This document shows positions 22,677 through 36,640 of a stretch of DNA of 64,000 nt, piece by piece. The stretch is from NCBI GenBank assembly GCA_043228905.1, contig JBHGNT010000014.1, positions 18,476,001-18,540,000 on the forward strand, in the 5' to 3' direction. Source of the stretch: Azolla caroliniana (Eukaryota; Plantae; Polypodiophyta). Under the pieces are notes generated by a model that was not told the DNA's origin, did no database searches, and worked only from the letters and a program-made list of their open reading frames with translations. Numbering within the stretch: position 1 is the first letter of the stretch; each line of letters begins with the position of its first letter. The position numbers were made by a program, and so were the translations under genes.

Positions 22677-25600
22677 AGAGAGAGATAAACATAGAGTGTA
22701 CGCGGGAGAGACAGAGAAAATGCAGAACGTTCAAAAAATTCTATTACAAAACAATAATAGTTCTTTTTACATACAACGTGCTTAACAACACTATTTATAC
22801 AAGTCCTAAGAGGACTGACAGAAGTACCGCGTACTTCAACGTTCACACGAGCGTCTGACATTAACTACGAGACTATTAACTACCTAGTAGTCTAGGCTGC
22901 TACTAGGTTTCCGGTTACTACCGGATCCGGCTAATCGGCTACCCAGCTCACCGGCTCACTTGCTCACCGGCTCGCTTGCTCATCGGCTCAGCGATCCGGC
23001 TCAGGCTTATTCAGCCGATCCGGATCCGGTTGGGCTTGCCGCTCAACACTCCCCCTCAAGCTCAACTTGAGGTCGGATCGTAGTGTCAGTCTCCATGGCA
23101 GTCGGTCCTTCCGCCCAGCTCCTTCTAGTGTCACTCTGTGTCGCTCACGCTCCTCGTCTGGTCCGGTCCCGTTTGCCGCGACCCTTCTGATTCTGCACAC
23201 CTCGACCTTGTTGGTCAGCTTGTCTGCTCAACAGGCCCAACTTAGCTCCCCCGCTGTTGTGACTTTGGTGCTTGCCGATTCGCCGATTCCTTCGTGTTGG
23301 TGTCAACTTTCGTTGCCTTCTCGTCTTCCTAGCCTTGAATTGATCCGGTTCTTCCAAATCCGTCTCTTGAACTGAATCGGCTGTCTCCGACTCGTTCTAG
23401 CTCTTGTCCGAATTGGTTGCTCCCGATTCGACTTCTGGTTCCAGGCCCTTCACCACATCGAACCATGCCTGGGTCTTGGCCTTCTTCTTCCGGTTGGCTT
23501 TTTCCTTCTTCACTTTGCCTCCATTGCCGCTTGTTCCGACTTGTTCGGATGTGTCAACTTCCTTTGTCGACTCGACTCCTTTCTTCCTCTTGTCTCTCTC
23601 CTTGTTGGTTCTTCCCATATCGGTGCAATCGACAGTCTCTTTGCCTTTGCCCGTTCCAGTGTCTTTGCCCGTTCTACCCCTCAAGTGTGGCACGTCGAGA
23701 TGTTGAACACCAAGCATTTCGGTGAAGTACTGCAACTTATCCGATCCGAGCGGTTTGGTGAAGATGTCGGCAACTTGCTAATCTGTATGAACACACCGAT
23801 GTTCGACTTCACCGCTCAGGACACGCTCACACACGAAGTGGTAGTGCACTTCTATGTGCTTTGTGCGAGCATGGAATACGAGGTTCTTGGCGAACTGTAT
23901 GCTGCTGATGTTGTCACAGTAGATCAGGATCGGGGTCGGCACCTCGATCCGCAGGTCTTGCAACAGTCGCCGGAGCCAAATGGCTTCACAGGTGGCAACA
24001 GTAGCACCTTGGTATTCACCTTCAGTGCTCGAAAGGGCCATTGTTGGCTGCTTTTTGCTGCTCCACGCAACAGCCGCGCTACCAAGGGAAAACATATAGC
24101 CGAAGGTGGATCGCCGATCTGATGCATCACAAGCCCAATCGGCATCGGTGTAGTCGACTAGCTCTTCGGTTATACCATGCTGGTATAACAGTCCCCGTTC
24201 CTTCGTGCCGCTCACATATCGCAAAATTCAATGCGCGCACAGAAGGTGCTCCACGGTCGGCTTCTGCATATATTGGCTGATCATGCCTACCGGATAACTG
24301 ATGTCGGGACGGGTGATTGTCAAATATATAAGGCTTCCGATGATTTGTTCGAACCGTTTCTCATCGCAGGCCGGTCTGGAGTCGGGACGGAGCTTTTGGT
24401 TCCGGTCCAGGGGTGTGGAGATCGGTCGGCATTCCGTCATACCGAACTTGTACACCATATTCAACACATAGTGTCTTTGTGAGAGTATTATGCCGTCGGG
24501 GGTTCGGATCACCTCGATCCCAAGGAAATAGTGAAGGTCCCCTTGGTCCTTCATCTCAAATGCATCCGATAGCTGGGACTTGACTCCGCTGATTTCATCG
24601 AGTTTGGGTCCGGTGATGACTAGATCATCAACATACAGCAAGATGCAAACCGAACCGTTCGGACCTTGCCAGATGAACAACGAAGAGTCGGACTTGGAGG
24701 CCGCAAACCCCATCTTATGCAACCGGTGTGTGATCTTCGCATTCCAAGCTCGGGGGGCTTGCTTCAGGCCATAAAGGGACTTCTTCAGCCGGCATACCGC
24801 CGACTTGGTCATCTCCAACTGGAAATCGGGGGGTTGGGTCATAAAGACCTCTTCTTCAAGATCGCCTTGAAGAAATGCATTCTTCACGTCCATCTGATGA
24901 AGATGCCACCCCCTTGCCGCAGCAACCGCCAGCACCACACGAATCGTCGTCATCTTTGCTACCGGAGCGAAGGTTTCATCGTAGTCGATTCCGTGGGTCT
25001 GCGCGTATCCCTTGGCCACTAACCGGGCCTTGTACCAGTTAACTGACCCGTCGACATTGTACTTTACCTTGTACACCCACTTACATCCGATCGGTTTAGA
25101 GTGTCGGGGAGGGTTAACTAGGTCCCATGTGTCGTTGGCATCAAGTGCCCGCATTTCTTCCTCCATAGCGGCACGCCAATTTGCGTCCTTTGCCGCTTCT
25201 GCATAGCTCTCCGGCTCATGCACTTCTGCTACCTTGGTCATGTACGCATAGTGATGCGCCATGTACTCATTGTACCCGTACCGCGTAATGGGGTTCTTCA
25301 GGCGGGAAGACCGGCGTAACTTGTTACTCGGTTTGGGGCCCTTCTTGGCTGGTTCGAACTTCGTTCCTAAAGATCTACCTTCATCCTTTCCGGAGTCGGA
25401 TTCGTTCCGATCCGACTCAACGTTGCCGGTTTCGTATTCCGGCATCTTCTTCTTCCCCTTCTCTTTGCGCGTGAACCGTCTCCTCGGTTCCTTGCGCGGG
25501 GAGAGCACGACAGAGTCTCCATTGCTCGCCGATTCCTCATCCGACCGGTCATCCTGACTCAGCCGCTCATTTGGTCCACTCAACCGAAACGATTTCGAAC

Positions 25601-27087
25601 TCTCATTTAGAGTCTCGAGCCCTTCGTTTTCTAACTGAACTGGTTCAGGCTCAGTAGCCTCATCCTCCGGTATCGGGTCGGGATCGGAAGTCGGAGCTGG
25701 TAAGCAGTACCATGATACCGATTCATCGAACTTGATATCTCGGCTTACTCGAACCTGCTTCGTCCGGGGGTTATAACACTTATACCCCTTTTGCTCATGC
25801 GAGTAACCAACCGGGATGCATTTCTCCGACTTTGCATCCAACTTCCTCCGCTTCTCATCCGGCACATGCACATATGCAACGCTACTGAATATCCGAAGGT
25901 GTCTCAAATTTGGCTTGCGCCCGAAATACAACTCATGTGCGGACACCTTGTCACCGATCCGGTTTTGGATGTAGACGGCCGTCCGGACTGCCTTAGCCCA
26001 ATAGAACTTGGGCATGCTCTTCTCGGCCGCGTCGATAAGAGACCGGTTCTTCCTCTCGGCCACACTATTCTATTCCGGTGCGTATTTGCAGCTGAACTCT
26101 CACCGAATTCCCTTTTTGCTGCAGATAACTGTTGAATTGGCCGGAAAAATATTCTTTTCTGCCATCCGACTACAGGCACTTGATCTTCTTCTCCGTTTTC
26201 CGTTCAACCAAGTTTTGGAGGTTCCGAAAACACTTGAAGACTTTGCTCTTTCACTCTATGAGGTAGATCCATGTGTGCCGACTGTAGTCGTTGATGAAGG
26301 AGACAAAATATCGACTCCCACCAAGACTCACGTTTTGTGCTGGTCCCCACACATCCGAATGGATTAGATCGAGCTTGTTACGGCTCCGGTGTTGCTTCCC
26401 GAGTTGGCAGGCTTCACATACTTGGGCCTTCCGGCCACTAAACTTCGGCAAACCAAAAACAACTTGTTTCGTTTGCAAGTCTTGAAGACTCCGGTAATTG
26501 ACGTGGTCGATCCGCTTGTGCCAAAGATCGATATCCGATTCAATCTTCTGTCCTTTGGCGAACAAAGCGGTGCCGACATCATTGGTGTTGAGGATAAACA
26601 TCCTCTCGTCTATGCGCCCTTGTGCAATGATTTGGCCCTCTTCCTCGATGAAGCACCCAAGATGCATAAACCACACCTGCATCCCCTGGTCGACAATCTG
26701 TCCAACCGACACCAGGTTCTTCGTGATGGTCGGAACGTGTAATGCGTCATCAACTTCCCCCTCTGTCCGACGTGGCTCAAGGGGACTTCTCCGACATGCA
26801 CGATTGGGTGTGGAGTGTCGTCTCCGGTTTTGACAACTCCTGGTTGTTCTGGTTTCTCTAAGAAAGAGAACCACTCTTCGTGGCTCGTCATGTGATTTGA
26901 TGCACCGGAATCAACGTACCACACTTCCTCCGATTTGGAAGTGGTCTTCTTCATCGAGTTAGACTCGTGTTTTGGCCCTTTACCGGCCTTTTCGGTTTCG
27001 GATCCTCCTGATCCTTCTGCATAGTGCGAGTATTGCCGGTTCTCTTTGTTGGCCTTGCCGGATCCAGATCTGTCCGAATCGGCGCAC
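22677..27087 (-). mobile_element. Copia B 3' part (PR-INT-RT-RH pseudogene, PPT, partial 3' LTR 22677-23048), now inverted
   Basis: WYVDSGASNHM, HSDVWGP, KARLVAKGY, YVDD; 22682-23048 is homologous to the start of LTR 14107-14533. Confidence 0.92.
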
Positions 27088-28637
27088 TGTCGTGACGATT
27101 TTCGGCTACGGTGTGAAATCGAGTGAGACGAATAAACCAAGGATGTGCAACATTGCACATGCACTTAGCAAATAAGCCTAAGGCCTAGTGGCACTTGAGT
27201 TCATACAGAGGGGTGCACGCAAGGTTTGAACCTTGCACCTCTAAGGTACAAAATGTTTTCCTTACCACTAGGACATCTATCATATAGTGTAGATTTTATG
27301 TATTTCCTTTTCATATATGAATTATGGACGAAACAACCATAGAAAACCATGGCTCTAAACCCATGGATTGTGCATGTCATAAGCAAAACCGTGTCCCCAA
27401 AACCATGGTTCTAAACCCATGGTTTTGTGCATGAAGAGAGCTATAAAAACCTTAGTGGAGCTTGTGTAAGGGGGGGCTCGATATGTGATATCACCAAGAC
27501 CACTAACATCAATATAATTATATTCATCTTTATCTTCTTCATATTTTTCTACTTCTCAAGTGTACAATCTTTCTTCTTCTCAAGTGAACAAATTTCATCC
27601 AATCTTACATTGATCGTCATCTCTTCGATAATTCCGTGAATGTCCTCCCAGTCCAAGACCCCGGTGGTCGCTCGAGTACAAATTTCATCCAATCTTCGCG
27701 ACATCATTTGGTGAACCTGACATGAAGAGCAACAGGGGAGGACGAAGATGGATGGTGAATATCTCATGGAAGCAATGTCAAAAAGGATGATGGAGTTTCT
27801 AAGAGAAGGCAAAAGACAAAATGAAGCCCAACAAGCTGTCGAGAGGGTAGTCGAGCGAGTGCGCTATTTTAACGGCGCCGAAGTCCAAAGTTTTCTAAAA
27901 GTCTACAATGCGGAGATGGATTCAAGAGGTGTGGACGAAGCTATAAGGCTGGAGTACTTTTGTCGGGTGGTGTCTCAACCGATCTTCAAAGATGTAAAAG
28001 AGCTTCTAGAAGCTCATCATTCGTGGGCGACTTTCGAGAAGGCTCTATTGGAGGAATATGGCTATGAGAGACTGAAGGGACGAGATCGACGCAACTTCGA
28101 CCAATGGGTGACATTGACAAAGACTCACCAAGGCGCGACACAAGCATTCATAGACTTCGAGCTTCATTTTTCTCAACTCTCTGAGAGGGAACAAAGATTG
28201 GTAGGGGTCGATAAGGTCCTTATGTTTGTGAAGTCAATCGATCGAATGGAAAGGATGGCCATCGGACTCAAACGCGAAGAAGATGACGGTGCAAATGGCC
28301 TCATTGAGGATTGGAGCAAAGTGGAAAGTGTATGCCGACTACACGATAAGGGGCGAGCGAGAATATCGACGACAACAAGGTGGTTCATGAGGGACGATCG
28401 AAGAGGGACGAGATGGAGCAATGGGCCACCAACAAAAGAAATGAAGCTTTAAAGGGAGACAAAATCGAGGCGAATGGTGATCAAGGAAGAAGAGACCTCC
28501 CAACAAATGTGCGTTAATGAAGTTGTCGATACAAAGGTTCAGGTTCGGTATAACGGTACCGTAAGAGAAGGTGCAAAACAAGTCACCTTCTTGTCTTACG
28601 AAGAAATGACGGCCAAGGACGAGGCCAATGACTCGAG
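27088..28637 (+). mobile_element. G3 5' part: LTR 27088-27703, Trp PBS 27709-27726, gag
   Basis: TGTCG...GCGACA; TGGTGAACCTGACATGAA; ends at TSD TCGAG 28633-28637. Confidence 0.9.
27748..28452 (+). CDS. Gag (capsid-like) ORF of G3, 234 aa
   Basis: Distant similarity to G1/G2 gag (FNGAEVQSFL..Y..EM, W..FE..LLE.YG, KVLMFVKSID..ER, GL..DW..V..VC). Confidence 0.7.
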   Translation: MDGEYLMEAMSKRMMEFLREGKRQNEAQQAVERVVERVRYFNGAEVQSFLKVYNAEMDSRGVDEAIRLEYFCRVVSQPIFKDVKELLEAHHSWATFEKALLEEYGYERLKGRDRRNFDQWVTLTKTHQGATQAFIDFELHFSQLSEREQRLVGVDKVLMFVKSIDRMERMAIGLKREEDDGANGLIEDWSKVESVCRLHDKGRARISTTTRWFMRDDRRGTRWSNGPPTKEMKL

Positions 28638-29472
28638 TGTTGGGAGACAGGTCCCTCTGGATGGTGAAGACCCGGTGAGAACCGGATAATGAGTACCCGG
28701 CTACGGAGAGCCAGATGGTGCAGACCCGGTGAGAACCGGATGAGGAGTACCTGGCTGCGGAGAGCTGGATGGTGCAGACCCGGTGAGAACCGGATGAGGA
28801 GTACCCGGCTACGGAGAGCCGGATGGTGCAGACCCGGTGAGAACCGGATGAGGAGTACCTGGCTGCGGAGAGCCGGATGGTGCAGACCCAGTGAGAACCG
28901 GATGAGGAGTACCCGGCTACAGAGAGCCGGATGGTGCAGACCCGGTGAGAACCGGATGTGGAGTACCCGGCTACGGAGAGCCGGATGGTGCAGACCCGGT
29001 GAGGAATGCTCACCGGATGAAGAGACATATTCGTAAATATGTTTCTGAGAGTCCATCGAGGCTATATTTGTAAATAGCCGAAAAGTCATATTAGTATAAA
29101 TATGACTTAGGGCAAACTTTTTGATAGTGGTTGTTATTCTTGTTGGTGCAAGAAGAGAGAGAGCGCGTAACCGTGTACAGAGAGAGAGAGAGAGAGAACA
29201 AGGTCATTGCCTCTGTTGTAACCGCCGCCTGTGGCAAAGATCGTGAGCACGAGGTCGTTGCCTCCGTGAACTCACTGTTGTACATTCTAACATAGTGATA
29301 GTTTGCAACCTATGGGCTGCCGTGGTTTTTTCCCTAGTTTGGGGTTTTCCACGTAAACATCCTGTGTACTCTTCTCTTCTTTGTGTCGTGCATTTATTTC
29401 CCGTTTTTTGTGTATGATTCTAAGCTCGGTTGTGGCCGAGCGTTGCGTATAGGGAGCGTTTAGTTCCCTTCA
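28638..29472 (+). repeat. D 5' LTR (835 bp)
   Basis: TGTTGGG...CTTCA; followed by AG-TGGTATCAGAGC. Confidence 0.93.
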
Positions 29473-29501
29473 AGTGGTATCAGAGCGAAACGACACAGAA
29501 A

Positions 29502-32074
29502 ATGGACAATTCGTTGGGAGGCATGTTCAAGCTCACCGGCTCCAACTATTCGGTGTGGAAGTCGAAGATGAGGGACATGCTCGTGGTTAAAGACCTCTAG
29601 CTGCCGGTTCAATTCGGGGACAAGAGACCGGACAAAATCGACGCCACGATATGGGAGGTGATGCACATGAAGACAACGGCGTACATACGGTGCTTCATCG
29701 ACATGAGCCTATACAACAACTTCAATGAAGAGAGCAAGGCTCATGAGCTGTGGGAGAAGATCGACATTATGTTTCAAAACAAAAATGTTGTCAATCAGGT
29801 TTCGGTATTCCGGAAGCTAGTAAGACTCCGGTACCAAGATGGCTCCAGCATGGCGGAGCACATGAATGCCTTCCAGGGGCTGATCCACCGGGCAACATCA
29901 TTGGAAGTACCTCTTGCCAATGAGGTACTAGCACTACTCCTGCTCGGTTCCCTCCCAGATAGCTGGGAGACGTTGGTTGTCACCTTGGGCAACGCTGGGC
30001 CGGAAGGGAAACGATTATCCCTAGCAAGAGTGAAGTCGAGCTTGCTAGATGACGAGGCGCGTCGGAAAGATAAGGATACGAGCTCCGACTCCAAAGCTCT
30101 CCTTACCGAATCGGAACGTGAAAGACAAAGGAACCGTAGTCCCCAGAACCGGGAAAAGTCAGGGACACGGTCAAAGTCAAGGGGGAGACCTACTTGCTTC
30201 TATTGCGGCAAGACGGGACACTTCCAGAAGAACTGTGGGCATTTCCGAAAAGACAAGGAAACTGACGGTACCGATTCGAAGCGGACACCAGATTGGAATG
30301 GTAAAGACCGAAGGGGAACGGACCGGAAGGGAACGACGGCAATCACGGCAAGTGAAGAACAGTTGATGCTCATCACCGAGGAGAGTGAGATAAACCTTGC
30401 CGGCGACGAGATGACCTCGGTGGTCCACTCTGGAGCGTCGTTCCACCTTACCCCGGACCGGAAATGCTTCTCATCCTACTCAGCCGGTGATCACGATTGT
30501 GTCCGGATGGGGAATGAAGGTACATGCCGAATTGTCGGCATAGGAGACGTGTGGCTCACAACACCAACCAGATGCAAGCTGCTGCTGAAGGATGTCTGAC
30601 ACGTTCCGGAGGTTCGTCTAAACCTGATATCAGTCGGTCGGCTAGACGATGAAGGCTACACAGGTAGCATCCGGAACGGTGTTATGAAGTTCTGCAAAGG
30701 GAGCTTGATTGTGGCTCGGGGCCGGAAGGTAAACACGTTGTACCTGATGAATGCCCGGTTATGTCCGGAGGAAGTGAACGTGGCATCCGACACTACCGGT
30801 GAGCTGTGGCACAAAAGGCCGTGTCACATGAGCGAGAAGGGGATGAAGAGGCTTGCAGACGACAACCTCATTCCAATGAAGAACGTGCACTTAGAGAAGT
30901 GCACTAATTGTCTGGCCGGTAAGCAAAACCGGACCTCCTTCCGACCAAGGCCATCGATGAGACGTAATGCACCACTAGAGGTTGTGCATACTGATGTGTG
31001 TCAAGTGGACACGAAGTCACATGCAGGATCGCAGTACTTCGTGACGTTCATAGATGACCACAGCCGGAAGCTGTGGGCCACACCGTTGAAGACGAAGGAT
31101 CAGGTGCTATCCGTCTTCAAAGAGCTCCACGCGAGAGTAGAAAGAGAAACCGGTCGTAAGCTTAAGGCGGTTCGAGCAGATAACGGAGGTGAATACTAGG
31201 GGCAGTTCGAGGAGTACTATCACTCGAAGGGAATCCGGCTTGAATTTACCGTGCTGAAGACGCCGAAACTAAACGGGCTGGCCGAGAGGATGAACTGGAC
31301 CATAATGGAGAAGGTCCGGAGTATGCTGGCGCATGCAAAACTACCCAAGAAGTTTTGGGCTGAGGCACTGTCGACGACGACATATGTGATAAACAGATCA
31401 CCCTCAGTACCCTTGGACGGAAACACGCCACAGAGAGTCTAGACCGGTAAGGAAGTGTCCTACAGGCATCTGAAAGTATTCGGGTGTCTTGCATACATGC
31501 ATGTTGCTAAGGACAGGAGAGGAAAGTTGGATCCAAAGACCCGGCCATGCATATTCCTCGGTTACGGCAACGATGAGTTCAGCTACCGAGTGTGGGACCT
31601 GGCCGAAAAGAAGGTATTCCGGAGTCGAGATATTATCTTCATGGAGGACAAGACGCTCGCCGACTGGGAGTCAGAGAAGAAGATAATGAACTTTGAGTCG
31701 ATCGGTAAGGATCGATTCTACGATGAGCAGACCTAACCAGCAAGAGACCGATTAGCACTCAAGGAACCAGCCGTTTACGGTGAGGATACCGAACCGGCAG
31801 AAGAGGAAGTAGAGGAAGTTGAAACCGGAACCGGCCAAGACCCCGAATCGGATTCGGATGAAGAGCAAATGGAGGAGCCGGTTACCGAAGCCCAAAGACG
31901 TAGATATCCTCTCAGAGAGAGAAGGGCCCCCCGGAGATTTCCGGATGCAGAGCATGTGCTGCTAACCGATGAGGGGGAGCCAGAAAGCTTCGAGGAAGCT
32001 AAAAGTGACGCCCATAGCCGCAAATGTAAGTGCCATGCAAGATGAGATGGATTCCTTGCATGAGAACCATACGT
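29502..32074 (+). pseudogene. Copia gag-PR-INT (decayed)
   Basis: Homologous to the rc of 19314-22019; multiple in-frame stops. Confidence 0.9.
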
Positions 32075-33149
32075 TGTCGTGAAGAAAACCGTCCCCAGGC
32101 GCAAACCGTGTATAGTGTGTGTGAACCGGCCCTTACACGTGGGCACGCCCCTTGTTGTATAGTAGATAGGTAGGCACAAAGGTCAAATCCTAGGTAGCAA
32201 TATTCTATAGGGGAAAATCGAGGAGTATCTCTGTCCAAAAGGACAGAGAATTAATGTGATGTAAACGGGTGAAATGGCCTCCCTCCTTGAGCTATAAAAG
32301 AGAGGGAGATGGGGGAGAGAAGGTATCGCGCGCTAGAAGGGATGAAGTGTTGTCGGACTGGGACCGAGCTCTTCTCCTCTGCCGTTCTCCATAGCTTTCT
32401 TTACGCTGATTCTGCTCCATGGAACGCCCGTGTGCTTCCAGCAGAATCTCCATCTTGCTTCCCTGTGTGCGTGGGTGATCAGGCGTTGGCACCCGTTGTC
32501 GCGTTACTACGCGCGTGCGTGGAGAAACGAGGCGGGACCACCGGGGTCTTGAACCAAAGAGCAGGTGATACAAGGGGAAAGAGAAAGAGAGACACGAATG
32601 TTTGTATATTAACGAATGACAAATAAACAACAGAGCACGCGAGCAGTTACAACCGAACAAGCCGGCGAACAGATGCCGATGCCTGCTCGTCTGCGCATAA
32701 AAGGGGGTAGGATGGAGGTGTTGCCGGAAGTACACGGGCGTTCCTCGAAGCAGCGCGAGCCTCTCGAAAACCTGTAGAGAAGAGCGATGGAGAACGAACA
32801 GAGGAGAAACATTCTGTTTCGGTCCGACAGCACTTCGTCCTCCTCAATGCCTGATCCCCTCTCCCCACGTCTCCCTCTCTTTTATAGCTTCAAGAAGGGA
32901 GCCGTTTCCCTCATTAACTTCCTACCTACCGAATCTAACTACCTAGGATATACCTTTGTACCTAATTCTCTATTATATACATTAAAGGGCGCGCACGCGT
33001 AAAGAGCCGGTTCACGCGCATTATGCACCGATTGCACTAAGGGACGGTTTTCTTCACGACATCCGCCCCCACCTAACCGCGCATCCACCGGTATGCGCCA
33101 AAATTGGGTTTTGGTTGGAGAAAACTGGTCCGGGTTCCGGTTCCTCGTC

Positions 33150-36100
33150 CATCGGTTCGTCCTCCGTTTCGGACTGTTCGTCGTCACTGTCCAGGCCTCT
33201 TAGATCCGGTTCGCCATCGTGGCGCTTCTTGAACGCTTTGATCCGCTTCCCTGCTACCGGTATCGCCATCCTCGTACCGTCGAGTTCCGCCAGGTGATAC
33301 GTCCCATTGTCGTTGGCACTCGTTACCACGTAAGGCCCGAACCACCGCTTTGCAAACTTCTGTGTTGCCCGATGCTGGTTGTCGAGGCTGCTGTCGTAGA
33401 CTAGCACCCAGTCGCCTTTCTCGATTTTCTTTGGTCAGAGCCGGTGCGTTCGGTCGAACCGGGCTTTGTTCCTCATCCTCGCCGTCTGAAGCCTCTCCGC
33501 CGCTTGTTCCACGTCCTCTGGCCTCCGCTCGAGCTGCCGTATATGCGCCGCTAGCAGTTCTTCCCGGCTCATCTTGTGTCTCCAGTCCACTATCGCCCAA
33601 GAGGAGATCGTCTGTTCCATCGGCATGATCGGCTTCTGTCTGAATATGAGCTCTGACGGCATGAACCCGGTTACCGAACTCTGCGTTGTCCGGTCCGCCC
33701 ACAAGGCATAAGGTAACAGTCGTGGCCAGTTCCCGACCTGGCCTCCGCACGCCCGGACTAGCGCTTTGACGATCGGTCCGTGTCCGGGCTCCACCTTCCC
33801 GTTTGCCTCCGGATTGTACGCTGTGGTGAACGAGAGCTTGACCCCTAACCAGTCGAATAGCTCCTCGACCTCTTCGGCATCCAACTCCCCGCGGTCAGCC
33901 ACGATCTTCCCGACGCACCCGTACCGGCATATCACGTCCTTGATCAGGAACCGACACACGACCGCGGTCGTTTTGTTCTGCAAGGCTCGGCCTTCCACCT
34001 AGTTCGTCAGGTCCTCCCGGGCCAGCACCAGATATTGCATCTGCCCTACGCCCATCGGCATCGTCACCAAATCTACCATCCATTTGAATTGGATGGCCGG
34101 AGGGTATGTAGGGTGAAGCTCGTCCCGATGTCGGACTATGGAGTGTATCTGACAGCTCTCACAAGTTGTCACGAACCGATGCACGGCCCGGTACAATCCC
34201 GGCCACCAGTACTTCCCCTTTAGTTTCTCAAACGTGGCCCACATCCCACGGTGTCCAGCCTAGGGGCTGTCGTGGTAGGCCTTCAACAACTCCTCCTGTT
34301 CCACCTCCATCGCCACTACTCGGAGCGGGATGTCGTTTCTCTTCTTCGGGTGCTTCCACAAGTATCCGTCCCGGAGAAAGAATCAGTACGCTTTCTTCCG
34401 GATCCGGTTGGCCTCGTCCTTTGTCCATGACGCGTCCGGCGTCATCGTCCTTAAGAATCCCCCAATCTGCAGCCACTCCCCGTCGTACTTGCTCTCGTTG
34501 AAATCGTTAAGTGCCGGAGTGCTCCCCCCCTCGGTTGTTACGTAAGCTGCCCCGAAGAAGTCCACGCCGACTTCCTCGTCCTCTGAAACCATGCCGCCTT
34601 CGTCGTCGAATCGCGCCCTCAAAAGAATGTCGGTCGTGGCATTGTCTTTCCCGGAAATGTGTTGTATTTCCGGATCCAGGGACTTGATGTAAGCTATCCA
34701 CCTGAGCATTGCCAGGTCCGGGGTAGCGCATCCGGAAACCATGCCGAGAATCGGCAGGCAGTCCGTCTCGATAATCACCTTTGTCCCGATCAGATAGTCT
34801 TTATCGGCCTTCACCGCTGAAACGATACCCCAGAGTTCGCGTTTAACCTGGGCGTATCCTCGTTGTCGCTCGCTGAGGACCTTCGCGCCGAACCGGATTG
34901 GGAACCGAATGCCGTCCTCATCTTCTTCGTTGACGACCCATCCGATCCCGGTCGGACTTGTATCTACCGTTATGTAGATGGGAGTGCCTTTCTCGTAGAC
35001 AGCCTTCTGGAGTGCCGGAGTTGCAGCAAGAGCCTCCTTCATCTTTCGGACCAACTCCGTATGCTCGTCTCGCCATTCGAATTTTCGCCCCTTTTTCAAC
35101 AACCCGTATAGCGGCTCGACAACGTGGGCGTAATGCGGGATCCATATGTGGTAGAACGCGCATGCTCCCAAGAACCTCCGTACCTCCGTGACCGAGTTAC
35201 ATTCGGGCTTCATTGCGGAGATGGCTTCCACCTTAGCCGGAGACGGTTTCCGGCCATATGGTCCGCATAGATGTCCGACGACCATGATCTCTAATTGCCC
35301 GAAGGCCGATTTCTCCCCGGAGAAGGTGAGCCTCGCGTCCTCTAGCCTCTGCAGCACCCTCTCGCAGTCGTCAATGTGTGTCGCCACGAATTTCCGGCAT
35401 CCGTCCGGTCCGATCGTTTCGTCCTTTTCCTCCACCGGACATCCCTTGATCGGGATGTCGTCCAAGAATGGCATGGTGATGTCCGGGATACAATCCCTCA
35501 GCACCTTGTTCATCGCATTCACCATGTGGGCCACCAAGTTCGTCCCTCCTTGGGGCAGGGTACACATCCGCACTAGGCCGAGAGGAGTCCGCATCGTCGT
35601 AATGTCTCTGCTCTCCACGGCTAGTTGGAACTGATCGTACCCCGAGTACAGATCACCGACCGAGTAGATCGACCTTCCGGCGAAGGCCTCCGCGAACTCA
35701 TCTATCGTTGGTCCGATTCCTGCGTTCCGAATGGTCACTCTGTTGACCGGTTGCAGGTCTTGAATGAAGCGCAACGTCCCGTTCTTCTTCGGTACGGTAA
35801 ACCACCGGTTCGAGTACGGGGCACTCGACGGTTCGAGGATGCCCATATCGACTTTCTGCCTCAACAGCTCCATCAGCTCCGGGATGTGAGCTCTCAGTAC
35901 CGGAATTGGTTTGAGATTCCACGGCACATGCAATACCGTGAATATCACCATTGGCTTCACGACTGTCGGGTCTACGCACCCGATCTCTTCCGGTGAGAAT
36001 GCGAAGGCTTTCCCGTGCCTTTCGAGCATTCTCCAAAACCGGTCTTCTTCCGTTGGCAGTAGGAACCCGCCCCCACCGATTTTGAGCTCCCGTAGCGTTC

Positions 36101-36640
36101 TGTCGATGAAGGTGTGTCCTATGCAGGCCGGATCTCGTAAATTGGGGTCCGACGCGACCCCCTTGATTCGCAACTCGCTGCCCTCCGGTAAGGGTGCCGC
36201 GACTAGCCTTACCTTCCGGTCCACAGTCTTGTACTTCGTGTTAACCCAGGCCGTCCGATCCGCCTCGAGCCCCCGACTGAAGTCCACGATGACTTCGTAC
36301 ATCTCTTTTGAACAAACCGGTATCGTCCGGTCCTCTTTAAGGCCCTCTCCGACCACCTCTCGCAGTATTCCCAAGGTATCGTTAAAGGAGACCGCCTCCA
36401 CGGCTCCGTTGATTTCCTCGTTGGGCCCGAGAACTCCGCACGCCCGAAGTCGCTCTTCCACCCTTGTCTTTTCTCAGCCAACGATGCCGACTATCGTACA
36501 CCCTCCGTTGTCGGAGAAACAAAACTTCCTACTTATGGTACAAGGTTTCTTCGGTTTCGCCTCTATCGTACATTTGTGGGGTTTTCCCGGAGTGTTCGGA
36601 CTATCGCGGCCCCACGCCTTGACAGACCTCTCTAAAAATC
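33150..36640 (-). pseudogene. G1 pol (RT-RH-INT); RT-RH open 34383-36461
   Basis: DLYSGYDQF, PFLDD, VDTSPTG, ETDC, YNPEANGKVE, WFGPY; end coordinate approximate. Confidence 0.9.

Noticed and set aside
15467-27703. DNA transposon with ~620-bp terminal inverted repeats
   Set aside because: The repeats are G3 LTRs with PBS and PPT, placed in opposite orientation by the inversion.
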